Assembly (NCBI RefSeq): GCF_006345805.1
Contig: NC_043002.1
Span: forward strand, 116,064,001 to 116,128,000
Direction of reading: 5' to 3'
Length of the DNA: 64,000 bases
Source of the DNA: Octopus sinensis
Lineage: Eukaryota
Of this stretch, positions 37,385 to 51,500 are shown piece after piece (the first letter of the stretch is position 1; each line of letters opens with the position of its first letter). The translations under genes and the position numbers were made by a program. Under the pieces are notes generated by a model. That model saw only the letters and a program-made list of their open reading frames with translations. It was not told the DNA's origin and ran no database searches.

Positions 37385-37855
37385 TATGCTGTGCTTGAGA
37401 AGACCTGTCAAGCCAAGTGAAACCACAGTCATGGCCAATACTAGTGTTGTATGACTGGCACCCGTATTAGTAGCACATGATAATCACCCTGCAAATGTTG
37501 AGCAATATGCCGTGCTTGAGAAGACCATCAAACCAAGTGAAGCCATAGTCAGAGTCATGGCCGATGCCAGTGTCCCATTGCTGGCACTTGTGCTGGTGGC
37601 ATGTAAAAAGCACTCTTTGAACGTTGGGGCTGACAGAGGCAGTGACAAGTGACTGATGCTGGTGTTACGTAACTGGCACATAAAAAGCACCCACTAAACC
37701 CTTGGAGTAGTTGGCATTAGGAATGGTATCCAGCTGTAGAAAACCATGCCAAATCAGATTGCAACTAGGTGCAGCTCCCCAGCATACCAGTTTTCAGTCA
37801 AACTGTCCAACCCATACCCACATGGAGAATGAATGTTAAATGATGATAATGATAT
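37385..37855 (+). mobile_element. Older RTE-tailed element (3'UTR modules and tail)
   Basis: GCTGTGCTTGAGAAGACC duplicated; GGTTGGCATTAGGAATGGTATCCAGCTGTAG; AACCCATACCCACATGG...(TGA)n. Confidence 0.75.
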
Positions 37856-38589
37856 GGTGAGTGAAGGGCTACTTTTAATGTTATAATTTCTTTATGGGCC
37901 CCATCCAGTATTTTTGATAAGATTATTGAAGTGGAATAAACTCATATAAGCACTCTTGGATACAATCTGCCTTATAAAAAGTGTGTCAGAGCCACAACTT
38001 AGCTTTGGAGAGGCAGTTAGAGATGACAAATTTTACATCTTGAGCAAATATCGAAGAGTTTTTACTTGCCCAAGAATTATTTTTGTTAAAATAAATTTGG
38101 AAAATATGTACTCAACACATCATTCAATTCAAAACCAATGCTAGTAATCTAATATATTTATTTTGTTCAATGTTTTTAATATGAGCACCATGTCTCAATG
38201 GTATGTTAGTAATTTACATTGCGTGTTGTTATTGATATGAATAGGAAAAAGAAAAATGATTAATTTGAAATCAATCATAAGTACACTTATACTACATATT
38301 GCTAACAATGATAAAGTTAAACTATTTTCTTAGTGCTCATTTATTAATACATTTCTTGTTTTAGATTTTACTATATTCATGCATGAGAATAATACTTCAC
38401 AAAGATAGATGGAGGGAAACTATGTCCTTCAGTCACTTAAAAGTCAACTTTTTCATGCTCACATGAGTTTGATGAAATCCAGTGAGGCAGATTTTCTATG
38501 GTTAGGTGTCAACATTTACCTATTTTCAAGGATGGTGATATTTCTCCATGGTCAAACATGTTTTCATGGAAGATTGGAAACAAATGACA

Positions 38590-41500
38590 CTCTATGTGTG
38601 ACAATGATATACATTTACAACTCTATTTCCACCCTACTCTTCACTCTGCTACAACCATCCTCTGTGCTACTTCCTACTGCCTTATGCGTGCCACCATTTG
38701 CTCTAATCTCTCCAAAATATACACCACCAACTGTCTTCTCCCTCTTGCTTTTTCCATCATCTTCTCTCAGTCGCCCTCCCATGCAAACGCTTCATTCCAT
38801 AATTCATTTAAATCATCTCTTTCATCAATTTCGCGCTCTCACCAAACAACACACCTCCATCCCTCCCTCCCAGTCTTCCACCATCCCCACCACCCCTCCT
38901 ACTTCTATCCCATCCACCCCTTCTCCACTTCGGTCTGTTGTTACCATCCTCCAGATCTTCCCCTCTCTGAGGCAGAATGCCCCCTCCCTAGTAGGAGTCT
39001 GTGCTTCATCTCCCTCATTCCATCCAGCAATGAATTTCGGACTGTAGACGCCAGCTCCTGGCCAGTTCCAAGGATTCGATCATTTTGCGGGTGCCTACCA
39101 GTGTGCTGTGGACTGGTTTAACTTTTCCAGGCGTCCCTGTCATCTGAACATCTCCCCAGCCGAACTCTCTGCCCTTCGATGTCTCTGACGCTGCACTGAC
39201 ATCGTCATAAAACCAGCTGACAAGGGTGGAGTCGTGGGGGTGTGGCGTGCCAACTTCAAGACACCTCCTTCTACTGCCCTCTGCCCTCTGACCCCATGCC
39301 CAGCTACCAGCAGACTGTCCTCCACTATCCCTGACCTCATCTCCTCCTCCCGTCTGCCCCTCACCGCCTCCAACCTCATTGTTTGCACCTCTCACATCCC
39401 CACTATTTACTTCCTCCTCAAAATCCACAAACCCAACAAACCTGGCTGCCCCATTGTCTCTGTCTGCAAGTGCCCCACCGAACTCATCTCCAGATATCTT
39501 GACCGTGTCCTTGATCCCCTAGTGGCTTCCCTTCCCTCTCACATCCATAACACAAACCATGCGCTTTGTTTGTTCAACTCTTTCTCCTTCCCTCCTGGCC
39601 CCTCTAAACTTCTCTTCACTCTCAACATCCACAACCTTTACGCGGTGATCCCTCACCACGAGGGGCTGTGTGCGCTCCAACATTTCCTTGACCTTCGACC
39701 TGACCCCCCAACCCGACACTTCCACACTCATTTGTCTGGCCGAACTTGTCCTCTCACACAACTGCTTCTTGTTCACTGGTGATTTTTACCAGCAGGTCTC
39801 GGGAGTGGCCATGGGAATGAGAATGGGCTCCAACTATGCGAAACTGTTCGTTGGCTACGTTGAGGCCTAAATATTCTCAAGTTTCACTGGTCCCACTCCC
39901 GAACTATACAGCTGTTATATTGACGACTGTATCGATGCAACCTCACTCTCCCATGAACATCTAGATTTCTTCCTCTCTTTTGTCAAATCTTGCCATCCTG
40001 CCCTCCACTTCTCCTGCACTATCTCTGACACCTCTGTCTCCTTTCTTGACATTTCGGTCAGCATTCATCACTCCACTCTCACCACCTCCATCCACTACAA
40101 ACACACAAACTCACACTCATACCTAAACTTATCCTCCTCCCACCCTAAACACACCAAGCTCTCAATTCCTATTCCCAATTCCTCTGTCTACGCAGGCTCT
40201 GCAGTGACAACCATGACTTTGAGACTCCGTCTCAACCCATGGCTTGCCACTTCATCCTATGTGGATATCCCCTCATGCCCTCATCCACACTGCCCTTGCC
40301 AGAGCACATTCCATGGATCGTGCATCTGCTCTCTTCCCCCACACCTGCCCTGCCATCTCCCGTCTCCTGTTTCCCCTCACCTAACACCCCACCACCCTAT
40401 CTTTCCACTGCACCATTCTCCAAGCCTTCCGGCGACTCCAGTCCAACCCCTCCACTTTGCACATCTTTCCTAACCTACCCCTCCCCTCTTTCAAACGTGC
40501 CCACAACCTACGAAACCTCTTGGTTCACAGCTTCTTCCCTAACCCAGCCTCTCAACCCGGCTCATTCCCCTGCTCCCATCCACCCTCCTCACAAGAACCC
40601 ATCATTGACCCTTTCACATCACCAACTCCTTTACCTGTGCTTCTACCAATGTCATCTACTGCATCTCCTGCTCCCTCTGCCCTTCCCTATACATCGGGCA
40701 AATGGGATGCCGCTTGGCTGACCGGTTTGCAGAATACTTCTGAGACATTTAGCTCAGCAATGACACCCCAGTCTCGTGCCATTTCCACTACCGGCCACTC
40801 TTTGCAACACCTGTCTGTGTTCGGATTGTCCTTGCATAGGGGCCATCCGGGCTCCCGTTTGTGCTATGAACAGGGATTAATCTTCTCTCTTCGCTCCTTT
40901 GCGCCACATGGGTGCAACTCTCCTCCCCTCTTCATCTAACCTCCTCCCCTCCTCTCTCTCCCTCTCACACCTACTTCCTCCCACCCACCTCTCCTCTCTT
41001 GCTCTGACTCCTACTTCTTCTCTTCCCTCCTACTCTCCTCTCTTTTCACTCCTATCCACCTTCTCCCTTCCACCCCTTCATCGTCACCCCTCCCTCGTAA
41101 TCCCGCCCACCCCTACACAATCCATCCCCACTTTCCCTATCCATCCCACCCCACATACCCTACGTCTACCCCCACCCTTGCTTACCCCGCTCTTGCCTCC
41201 CCTACCTCCCAACACCGTCACACCACACCACTATACCATACACCACCATACCACACAACACTTCACACATCACATCACACCACCATACCACACAACACAT
41301 CACACATCACATCACACCACCATGCACACACTAGTACTGACCACTTCCCAGCCCCACATTTTCACACCTACACATGCACACGTCAAGGTCACCAGCCTTC
41401 TTCCACACACACACACATACATATTCTCTTATACACATGCATGTGCACCTTCGTTTTGGGATCACCACTAATTTATTATATCCCCCTGTTCCTAATTCTT

Positions 41501-41730
41501 CTGTGGGAGCCCTCTGTCCGGCGTTTGCCACTACACATTCTTTATTTTCTCTCCTTGTTTCTTTTTGTATTCCTTTTGTGGAAGAGCGTAGGCTCAAAAT
41601 GTTTTAGACTTTTCCACTTCCCAAGTGTTATCCCAATACATCTGTTTGTTGTCTACACCATCTGTCGTCATCTTTTATTTCTTTGTGAATTCTCTCCCTA
41701 CATTTGCAACTATTGCATGATCTCAAGATG
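38590..41730 (+). mobile_element. Penelope-like element of a second lineage (N-terminal region, RT, GIY-YIG, CT-rich 3' region, terminal repeat)
   Basis: VIKPADKGGVV...YFLLKIHKPNKPGCPIVS...QQVSGVAMGMRMGSNYAKLFVG...CYIDDCI...SFLDISV...NVIYCISCSLCPSLYIGQ. Confidence 0.9.
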
Positions 41731-42029
41731 AGGGTATTCACACACAAACATAAACACAAACACAGATACACACACAGAAATCCACCCACTTACCTACCTA
41801 TCTACTTACATACTTAACTACCTACCTACATACTTACCTACCTACCTATCTACCTACTTACCTACCTGCCTGCTTACCTGCCTGTCTGCCTGCCTGCTTG
41901 CCTGGCTAGCTACCTACTACCTACCTTCCTAGCTAGCTACCCTACATACCTAGCTATCTAACCACCCTACCATACCCTTCTCAAGCCATAAATTCATTAG
42001 GTTGGTTTCTTTGATTCTGTGGCATATAC

Positions 42030-42190
42030 ACTCCCACCGGGGACAGTATCTAAAGATATTGAGAAGAACTTGAAGAAAATGGGAATACAGTGTCCAGTAG
42101 AGCTGTTGCAAAAAGTTTTCCTCCTTGGCATGACCAGAATTATCAAGAAAGTACTAGATAGTTGAAGAGAACATGCAAGGTTCTAGGAGT
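42030..42190 (+). mobile_element. R4/Dong-type LINE extreme 3' tip
   Basis: GTVSKDIEKNLKKMGIQCPVELLQKVFLLGMTRIIKKVLDS*. Confidence 0.65.
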
Positions 42191-42622
42191 TCTAACAAAA
42201 TCTGAGTTAAAAGAATAAATAATGATAATTATGATGTGAGTGTAATACACATGCTTTTAATGCTGGCAAGGGTTGAGTAGACTGACATAGTCTGTGTCAG
42301 CTCTTGTACAGATACATTGGAGGACAATGTCTTGCTTGCACATTCATTTTTGGCTTAGTTTCTGTAGCTAGATGTGTTTCCTAACACTGGCCACTTTACA
42401 GAGTGTACTGAGTGCATCTTATATGGCACCAGCACCAAAGTGGTTGTCATGTTCTAGACAAGACTAAAAGTCTTCTCAACTTTATGTTGTCTCTGCTCAC
42501 TCACCAACCACTTTACTGGATTCAGTTTATCATGACATCAGCACTAGTGAGGTTTAGAGAGTTCTTGCTACTTTATAATGTTGTCTTTTACTTAAGGGAA
42601 GTGATCCATCTATCTATTAGAT

Positions 42623-42972
42623 CAGTGGTTCTCAATCAGGATTCATATGGCCCCTGTCAGTCCATATAAAATTTTTTGAGGTTCATACAATAATATAGTA
42701 AATCAGAGATCTGCAGTAGTATTTTAAGGGTCCCTGAAAACATTTTGTTTTAGATGTGTATGTTTTGCAAGAAACAGCTAAGTTCTTTTTTTCTCTAGCA
42801 TCTTACATAGTTCAACCCACACAAGTCAATGTGTGAAAAACAAAATAGGAATTTTCTAAGAAGTTTCTATAAAACTAGTTTTTAAACATTGAATGGCTAG
42901 AGTGGGTGGGGTCCACCAGAATGAAATAGTAATCAAAGGAGCCCATAGATAAAAAATGGTCGAGAATCCCTG
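42623..42972. mobile_element. hAT (Charlie-like) MITE, 350 bp
   Basis: Termini CAGTGGTTCTCAA and TCGAGAATCCCTG. Candidate 8-bp TSD TATTAGAT/TATTAAAC (6 of 8 match). Confidence 0.7.
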
Positions 42973-43938
42973 TATTAAACTGTCTGTTTGGCCATCTCTC
43001 TTTCTGTCCATCCATCTGTTTTTGCAAACGACAGACTGACAGACATTTACTCTGATCAGACAATATGCAACAAAGTTCACTGTTTAAGGTTCTTGTGTTC
43101 ATATCTCTATAAATAAATATCTAAAATTCAAAGCTGAGGCCTGAGGGGCAGCCATTTACTTTCAGGGGAATACTTTGGAATAATTTTTTCACCATCATAA
43201 AGCTTAAAAAGAACCACTAAGGAAAGAGACATGAATGTAAAAATAGAAAAGCATTAGATAAGATACAATTCATGTAAAGCTTTAACGCAATAATAAACCA
43301 TTATCTTGTTTTTTGGGTAAGTCCAGGAAAGTAAAAGCTAATAGAGTGCATCCTAAGAGAGAAACAAGGCATAGTAGTCAGCTTCAAGGCAGTTTCCAAC
43401 AGACTGGATTTTTGGTAGCCTACAGCAGATCAAACATGCCATAGAATCTATCCTTTTCACAGCAAAGTTAATGATACTGGGTAATGGAAATCCCATTTCC
43501 ATTATAAAACTTCATTGTGTAGGTATTTTCTCTTGCAATATGGATCATGGATATCAGGGATGGTCATTGCTGTTGTGGATATCAAGGTAACTGGCATAAG
43601 CAATATTAAAATTAATGCCCACATCCATAGTTTTCTTATTCATAAAGGTATGTGATAAGTGCAACAAAGCAGCAGTAGTTGCAGTACTCCTTTCTCCCAT
43701 ACAGTTGTGTACTCCATTCCTGCTGCTCTTTAAGAAGTGCAGTATAAAACCCACAACTGAAGACGCCCACCACCATTGAAGTTGTTGGATAAATGAGCAA
43801 GCATGCATGTTTTACTTTTTGGATTATTTAAGTATTTTCATCTGCAGAATTCAAAGTAGTCTTTAACAAAATGGCAAGACTCTTTTGTTTAAGTTAAGAC
43901 AATTCTTGTGGATATCCAAATTGGATGTGTGTGTGTGT

Positions 43939-43982
<44 letters not shown>

Positions 43983-44329
43983 TGTGTGTGAATGTGTGTG
44001 TGAATGTGCGTGCATGTGTGTGCACATGTGCACCTGTGTGTGTGTGTTATTCTTGTGGATAAGTGTGTACATATGTAGCAGGCATGCATGTCTCTTTTGT
44101 ACACAAGTGTGTGCTTCATGACTGTTAGATGTGTATGTGTATTCTATGTGTACACGTGACTGTGTGTATGTGTTCAGCCCAGGAATCTCAAATGAGAATC
44201 ACTGGAATGTCTCACAAATTTTCACTGTATCCCTAATCAATGGTAGTTAGAGAATGTGAGTTAGTTTTCTTTGCTCATTTTTGGAGACCCCAACATTTCT
44301 AGGCTTTTATGTAAATCTGTTATATAGCC

Positions 44330-46060
44330 CAGTGCACTGAACCTAGATATAAGATCTTTAGGTTTCTCATAAGTTCTCCATAAATGTCCTCTTTCTCTTC
44401 AATTTTTGATGAGCTATTCACATCCATTGCACTGTTGATCTTCAGAATAGTGCATGAATTTTGCTCCCACTCCCATAGAACACTATCTCATGTATTGTTT
44501 GCACCATGTTGCATTCATTGGAATGTTCTATCAGTAACCGTTATTGTAAAGGTGTGGATACATTCTGATTCTGGTATGCCTTTAGCACAACCATCAGAAC
44601 AATCCTTCAAACATTGTGAATGGTATTGTCAACTATATTGTGTCTCATGGGAATGTAGTATCTTGCAGACATTTTTGGCATCTGTTGATGATGCAGGTGA
44701 TATTTTCCACCTGATATTTAGCTGCTGTCTTTTCTAGGTGAGGTGTGATGTATTTATCACAAATCCTGATGAGGCTACTATTCCTGTCTTTGTTGTTAGT
44801 ATTCTCTAGCATGCAGGATGTGTACTCATGTGTAACTTCCTGTTGGTATGATGATTTCTTCCCCAAGTCTCTGGTTAAGTTGGTCAAGCCAACCACTCTT
44901 TGTTCACACAGAACAGTTGTATATTCAGTGTGCCCATTTAGAGTTCTTTGCATTATCTCATGATGTTATTCTTTTGCTGTTGAGTACATACATGGTGTAC
45001 TTTTTTCTCTCTATATTGTTCATCAAATATAGTCTAACTGATATAATGCAGCACTCAAAGATCATCAAGATGGCTTCCAACATAGATCCTGTCATTGTCA
45101 CTGTTAATGTGGAAGATACCAAATAGTTTTTTTGTGTCTTTCTAGTCCTAATGTCCAAGATGCAGATTTCTTCAAGTGTTTAGTCTATTATCCCAAATGT
45201 CGGTACTGACTCTAGTGCTACTACAAAAGCATTGTGCTATATGGCTTTATTGAATACAGACAGCTCTGCTGAAGTAGTCTTTTGTTTCTGTGGCTTTACT
45301 CACCACACCAACACATGCAATATTCTTGTGGATTCCAAGTTATTTGTAATATTCATCACTGATGATAGAAGAGATAGACAGGCCATTTATATTCATATTC
45401 TTTGTCTGGTCAATAATCTTTCCTCGTTTTACTGCCAAATACGAACACTTATCCTGACTAAATTCTATTCCAATGTCCCACAAAAATGTGTTCAGTTCTG
45501 TCTTTTCATGTTATGATATGAATATTACTCAAATACAGCGTAAGATCATGAACAAAAAGGTGTGGGTGATATAAATCTGCTTCTTCAGCAGATATTGTTA
45601 TATAACCTTTGCATTTTCTTAACAAGACTGACGGGGTTCGCAGTTAGGATGAAAAGCATTACAAATAAGCTGTCACTTTGAAATATTCTGGTTGTTAGCC
45701 TAATTCTGTTAGTGACTATAATACTATCTTTAGTTCTTATTGATTGCTCTGAAGACAGTGTCATTGCCAATCTCTTAATGGTATCGATTATAGCAGAGGG
45801 AACCTTAGTAAAGCATAGTGACTCTTGTATCCATGATTAAGGGACAGAGTTAAAAGCTTTACTATAGTCTAGTCATATAGTCAACAGATTCAAGTGGTGC
45901 TGCTTTACTTTCATAACTCTTTCAATACCAAACTGCCTGGGACCACCAATGGTTCTATGATATGAATTTCCTGTTTTGAAGTGAGTCAAAGATCTGAAGA
46001 AGATAACCATTTTTTTATCAGGTTTGTATCAATGGCTAAAGTTTTAGGGATAGATTTCAT
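44330..46060 (-). mobile_element. R4/Dong-clade LINE remnant (RT, zinc knuckle, start of restriction-like endonuclease)
   Basis: DYSKAFNSV...RIFQSDSLFVMLFILTANPVS...DIGIEFSQDKCSYLAVKRGK...EYYK*LGI...FHINSDNDRIY...VENITCIINRC. Confidence 0.75.
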
Positions 46061-46131
46061 TATTTTGAAAACAAACAACAAAACAACTCCTTTTTATTGA
46101 GGTGACTGATTTTGACACCACATTGTATGTA

Positions 46132-46172
<41 letters not shown>

Positions 46173-46734
46173 CTATAAGCATACAGTTCCGTATGCTTGC
46201 ATGTATGCATGTCATTACATTTGTATTTATATCTTTTGATATGTGTATGTGTACGTATGAAGTTATAGTGTTGTAGAATATAGATTTCTCTTCAGTTCTT
46301 CAGAGGCATTTTTGAATTGATGCTAATGCTTACTAAGCAAGTAACTTCTACAGCAGCCAGTATATTCTCACTTTTCCAGAGAACTATGTTTGGACTGTTC
46401 TACTTGTATTTCACTGATCTTTTGATAGGAACATTCCACTACTACTGCTTCAAATTGTGAATGTTTATGTGTTCCATGTCAGTGTAGTTTCTTCTACACT
46501 GTTTTTATATACATTTCTTTGAGAAGAATTGTTTAATGTTTTCGTCACTACATCATAATTAATAGAGAAATAGTATTTTGATAGCATTTTTAAATATCTA
46601 CTAATAATAAGGATAATGTCTTCAATTGTTTCTGAATTACAATGAGATCTAACACAGAAGTCAGTAGTTTGAGATATAGCATTCTGGTTATCTATGTTGT
46701 TAGCCTAAATTTTGTTTCTGTGTACATATGTATC

Positions 46735-47140
46735 AAGAATGGCTGTGTGGTAAGAAGCTTGCTTCCCAACCACATGGTTCCAGACTCAGTCCCACTCTGT
46801 GGCACCTTGGGCAAATGTCTTCTACTATAACCTTGGGCTGGCCAAAGTCTTGAATGGATTTGGTTGACAGAAACTGAAAGAAGCTCATTGTTTATGTATG
46901 TGTGTGTGTGTGTGTGTATGTATCTGTCTGTGTTTGTCCCCCACCACCATTTGATAATTGGTGTTGGTTTGTTTACGACCCTGTAACTTAGCAGTTTGGC
47001 AAAAAAGACCAATAGAATAAATGCCATGCTTAACAAGCAAAAAAATGTACTAGGGTCAATTGATTCGACTAAATTTCTTCAAGATGGTACCCCAGCATGG
47101 CTGCAGTCTAATGTCTGAAACAAGTAAAAGAAGAATAAAA
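46735..47140 (+). mobile_element. tRNA-derived SINE (CORE-like TGGGCAA motif, CCAGCATGGC tail)
   Basis: GGCTGTGTGGTAAGAAGCTTGCTTCCCAACCACATGGTTCC...CCAGCATGGCTGCAGTC..TGAAACAAGTAAAAG. Confidence 0.85.
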
Positions 47141-47504
47141 GAAGAATATTTATATATTAATCAAAGTATGCAGTATTATAGATAACAATTTCAGCTGATC
47201 TTACCAACTGGTTTTGCATTAGATATTGGAAAGCCTGATATTAGATAACAACATTGGTATGTAATACTTTCCATCTGTGAAGAGTATGAAGAATTAGATG
47301 ACTGTATGTATATTTATGGGAGCACACTGCGGATTAGAGTTTTATTGGAAAGAGTACAACTTCAACTGAAATGACAAGTAGTAAAAAATATTTAAAAATG
47401 TAAGGAAAATAAGACCTTAGCATCTCCCCTAAAATAAACAACAACTGAATAATTGATAAAATTAATTGTACAAGGTACTTAATTTTCTTTTTATTTTGTT
47501 CTAG

Positions 47505-47592
47505 ATTTGTTGGAATTAATGCATCAGACATTAATTTTACAGCAGGAAAATATGACCCAAGTGTAAAGCCACCATTTGATTGTGGCTTTGAG
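47505..47592 (+). CDS. PTGR3: PTGR3 coding exon: (R)[29 protein letters not shown]
   Basis: Polypyrimidine tract with CTAG|A acceptor and GAG|GTACTG donor; 88 nt; phases 2 and 0 fit. Near-identical to ZADH2 [29 protein letters not shown]. Confidence 0.95.
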
Positions 47593-47644
47593 GTACTGTT
47601 CTTTGTTTATTTTTGCTTCTTATATTACTTATATTATTAAGGTG

Positions 47645-47845
47645 GTGATCTGACCAAATCATTAGTGTGCCGGGCAAAATGTTTAGAGGCTATAGTCTGT
47701 CTTTATGTTCTGAGTTTAAATTCTACAGTGGTCAACTTTGCCTTTCATCCTTCCAGGGCCAGGTGAAATAAGTACCAGTTGATCATTAGGGTCAGTGTAA
47801 TTGACTTATCCCTTATCTTGAAATTGCAAGCCTTGTGCCAAAATG
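47645..47845 (+). mobile_element. Meta-like SINE
   Basis: GTTCTGAGTTTAAATTC...GTCAACTTTGCCTTTCATCCTT...AAATAAGTACCAG. Confidence 0.7.
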
Positions 47846-48149
47846 TGAAACCAATATTAGTTATATTATTTTCTTTTTTTCTTATATGTCTCTAGAGTGG
47901 ATATTATTGCTTTGAGTTCTAGAACTCAAAGGAATGGTTACTCAGTTTCCATGAAGAATAAGTGACCAAAATCACAACATACCCCTTGAACAGGACGAGA
48001 TGCTGGTCTGTTGCAAAGTTACTCCTTTACAACTGAGTGGACTGGAGCAGTGAGAAATGAAGTGTTTTGCTCAAAAATCAATGCACTGCCTGGTTCAGGA
48101 ATTGAAGTCATAATCTTGTGATCCTGTGTGCAACACCCTGACCACTAAA

Positions 48150-48505
48150 CTTTGTGTAATGTGTGTAAAAAAGGGTAAAGACACGCCACCTCGTTCATGA
48201 ATGACCATAGGATTGCACCTAGAAAGTTAACCTCTGAAGCACATATCCAGGTAAGGTTGTTTATGGAAGACCACCAGTTGCCCTGCATACCAACCTCTCC
48301 TCTCCACACCACTGATGTTATCCAAGGGAAAGGCAAAGACCGATACAGCTTGGTACCAATGACATTGCAACTCATTTCTACAGCTGAGTGAACTAGAGCA
48401 ATGTGATATAAAGTGTCTTGCTCAAGAACACAACACATAGCCTGGTCCAGAAATTGAAATCACTACCACATGATTGTGAGCCCTACATGCTAACCATTGA
48501 GCTAT
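48150..48505 (-). mobile_element. tRNA-derived SINE (family of 28170-28430), with a related head fragment at about 48030-48150
   Basis: Minus strand AGCTCAATGGTTAGC...TTCAATTTCTGG...GTCTTGAGCAAGACACT. Confidence 0.75.
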
Positions 48506-51500
48506 GTCCATAAAGGGGAGCAAACTTTGCAAGCTATTCATAGTGGAATGGCCGAGGATATTAAAGAACTCACTTGGAAGTCTTTGGACCCTGTTTACAC
48601 TTTAGGTGATTCCTACTGAAATCCTGGAACCTGCAAGCTGAAAGAGTGTATTCCGGATAGTGGTCTAAGAAAGACAATCCCTTGTGCTTGACCTTTCTTC
48701 TTTGTGTGTTCAAAAACTAGCTATGAAGCCTTTTCTCCCTCCATTTTGAAGAGAGGTTACAGGCCATCAGCCATTGGGGTCTGATGAGATTTATATAAAG
48801 GTAAGCACTTTACGGATGCAAAACACTGGACAGCCTTTTGAACTGGCCATAACTATACTCTACCGCTCTATAACTTAGAATGTGCTTCTTTTTCAGATGT
48901 ATGATTTACTGACAATATATATATATATATATATATATATAGGTATATATATGTCTCAGTGTTTTACATCTATTCTTTCCATTGTCACACAGGTGAGATG
49001 ATTAGTTTTGTACACAGTTTTGTTATTTCTTTTGTAATCTTTTGTTATTTCTTTTGTAATCTTAGCATCCTGAGTGAAATCAGCTTTCACCAGTTTTTCC
49101 ATATCTTCCTTGGTTTTCCACCTTCCACTCATTCTTCCTGCATAAATTTCCGAGCACTTCATCATCTGTTATGATCCAGCATTATATGTCTGTCATGTAA
49201 TGCAGATGGATGGTGTTGGATGGGTGAAGTTTGTGTGATACAAGCAACCATTAAGATGTAATTGGTTACAAATAGTTTTATGTATTATGTTTTAGTTGTA
49301 TACAAAGTTTTTCAGGTTGTTTTGGTTCGCATGAAAGTTTCCATCATGGAAGAAAGCAAAAATTATTAAGAGTTAGTCTATTGTGGTTATGTTAGTGAAA
49401 TAGAGAAGGTGGGATGAACTAGATTTTCACCCAAGGTGTTTTCTCTCTTTGCTTAATGGGAACGGAGACAAGTTTGGAAAACAGAAAGAGAGAAAGAAAG
49501 GGAGAAGAGAATAGCAAAAGGAAAGAAAGAGAGAAAGGAAGGAATGGAGAAAGAGAGAAACAAAAGGAATGAAAAGAAAAGTAAAGAAAATTAACAAACA
49601 AAAGAAAGTGAGGAAGCATGACAAACAGACAGGTAGAGGGACAAACAGACAGGTAGACAGACAAACATTTTGCTAGTTGACTGGATAGATGGATCGGAAG
49701 GTAAACAGGAAGATAGAGGAACAGATCTAGATTGATAGATGAATAGATGGAGGAATGGATAGAGAGATGGATGGAAGGAAAAATAGATGACACCAAGGAA
49801 GATAGGAGAGATATAGGTGGATTTATGTATGAGAGGATATAGGTAGAGTGGGCATGGTCTGCTGGATAATGTTTGGGAAATGAAGGGTGTGGAAGGTAGA
49901 GACCATGCACTAAAATACAAAGTCATAGTTTAGAGGTCAAGTTGCAGAATTGAAATTCTTGTATCTGTTGTACAGGTACCAAGGTCAATTGTCTGTGTGC
50001 TGTACCTTTAGGACAGCTCTGACCAAGGTCTCAAATTTTACATTTATTTATTTGCGTTTTCCAATTATTTTTCCAATGTTAAATTAAGGTAGACATCTGG
50101 TTGTCTCAAGTGTTTCAATATTCAATTTTCTCACCAATACACAAATTACAACTCTTGCTGCAGTTTCTGTTTTGCTTAAATCTTATCCTTAAAGCTATTG
50201 GTCTTTGGTATGTCATTGTAACTGGGGGCTGTCATAAAAAAAATTTCTATTATTTGCATGCAGGTTTGGTATTCTACTAACATTTTTAACTAGGTTGCTT
50301 AAAAACTACTGTTGTGTGGCACGGTTCTGTATTAATAAAGGTGAAGTTCTTATTGTTTTTTTTTATAGAATTTGTATAGATTGGTACTAAGATTGAAAGT
50401 AAAAACTAAGAAGTTAATTACATTTGTAGTAGAATGCTCTCCATATTATGTCATCTAATCAATCACAGATCTCTAATTAGCTGGATTACTCAAATAAGGG
50501 TATCCCAGTTCTATCCAATGGCTAACACAATTCCAAATGATAAGAGAGCTAACCCAGAAATGTATATCAACATCAATTGAAAGACTAAGGTCATAGCAGA
50601 TAAGGTTAAAATTGATGATAGATTTGAAGTATTCACTTAAATAATAGGAGTTTATAATTATCAAGTGTCACAAGTGTAACTCTGAATCTAACTTGAAATG
50701 AACCCCCCCCCAAAAAAAAAACAAACAAAACAATATCAAAAAACTAATCAGCCTTCTTAAATCTGAAATTAGGTTGAAAAAAAAAACACACACGAAAAAA
50801 CAAATAAAAGTAAAAAACACAATAAAAAAGCTACTTCATAATTTAATCATAATATCAAGTCAGCAGCTAATCTCTAGAATAAAATAAAATTATTGCCATA
50901 ATTAATTTGGTTAGAAATATCAATAATAAATAATACCAAATTTACAATTTTATGAAGTGGACTTTTAACTTTCTATTTCCATTCTATTTTCAAATCTTTA
51001 CTTCGTAAACAACTAGATTTCACCAATACATATTCATAGTGATATGACATAAAAGTAACAATGTATGCAAGAAACACATTACTCTTTTTAATAACTCAGC
51101 ATGGGTCAGTATAGCCAACACAAATGAATTCTAATCCTAACCTTGACCCTAGCTCTACTCTGATTTCTTGTACCATTGGCTTGCTGTGAATAGAGTCTTG
51201 GTAACACAGTTTTCTCTGATTTTTTTAAAACACAACTAAGTTAGCTGGAGGTTTTGTTGCATTAATTTCCCATTTCCATTTTCCATTTCGTCCATTCTTT
51301 CTTCCTTTCTTTATATATAAAGCTTTAAAACATCATCTTCAAGCACCTCTCACTCTCATCCACCTGTAACATACCTTTCATAATCTTGTCTTCCTTTTAT
51401 TGCATTTCAATCCTCTTTCCTGTAGGTTATAAATGTGCCTAGCTAGTTGAGGAATGGCTGTTCTTAAGTAGATGACTCTTAACTAAAAAGCTTGTATCGA

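Noticed and set aside
38364-38420. Acceptor-like TTTTAG|ATTT as an alternative PTGR3 exon
   Set aside because: The phase-compatible frame stops after a few codons (RFYYIHA*) and has no similarity to the reductase.
44958-45158. Peptide TLTVTMTGSMLEAILM resembling the POT1 C-terminal OB fold
   Set aside because: Another frame gives FHINSDNDRIY within a collinear R4/Dong LINE, so the resemblance is coincidental.
48770-48835. CTGATGAG hammerhead core heptamer (also at 44766 and 28909)
   Set aside because: There is no complementary stem II, GAAA or stem I at workable spacing.
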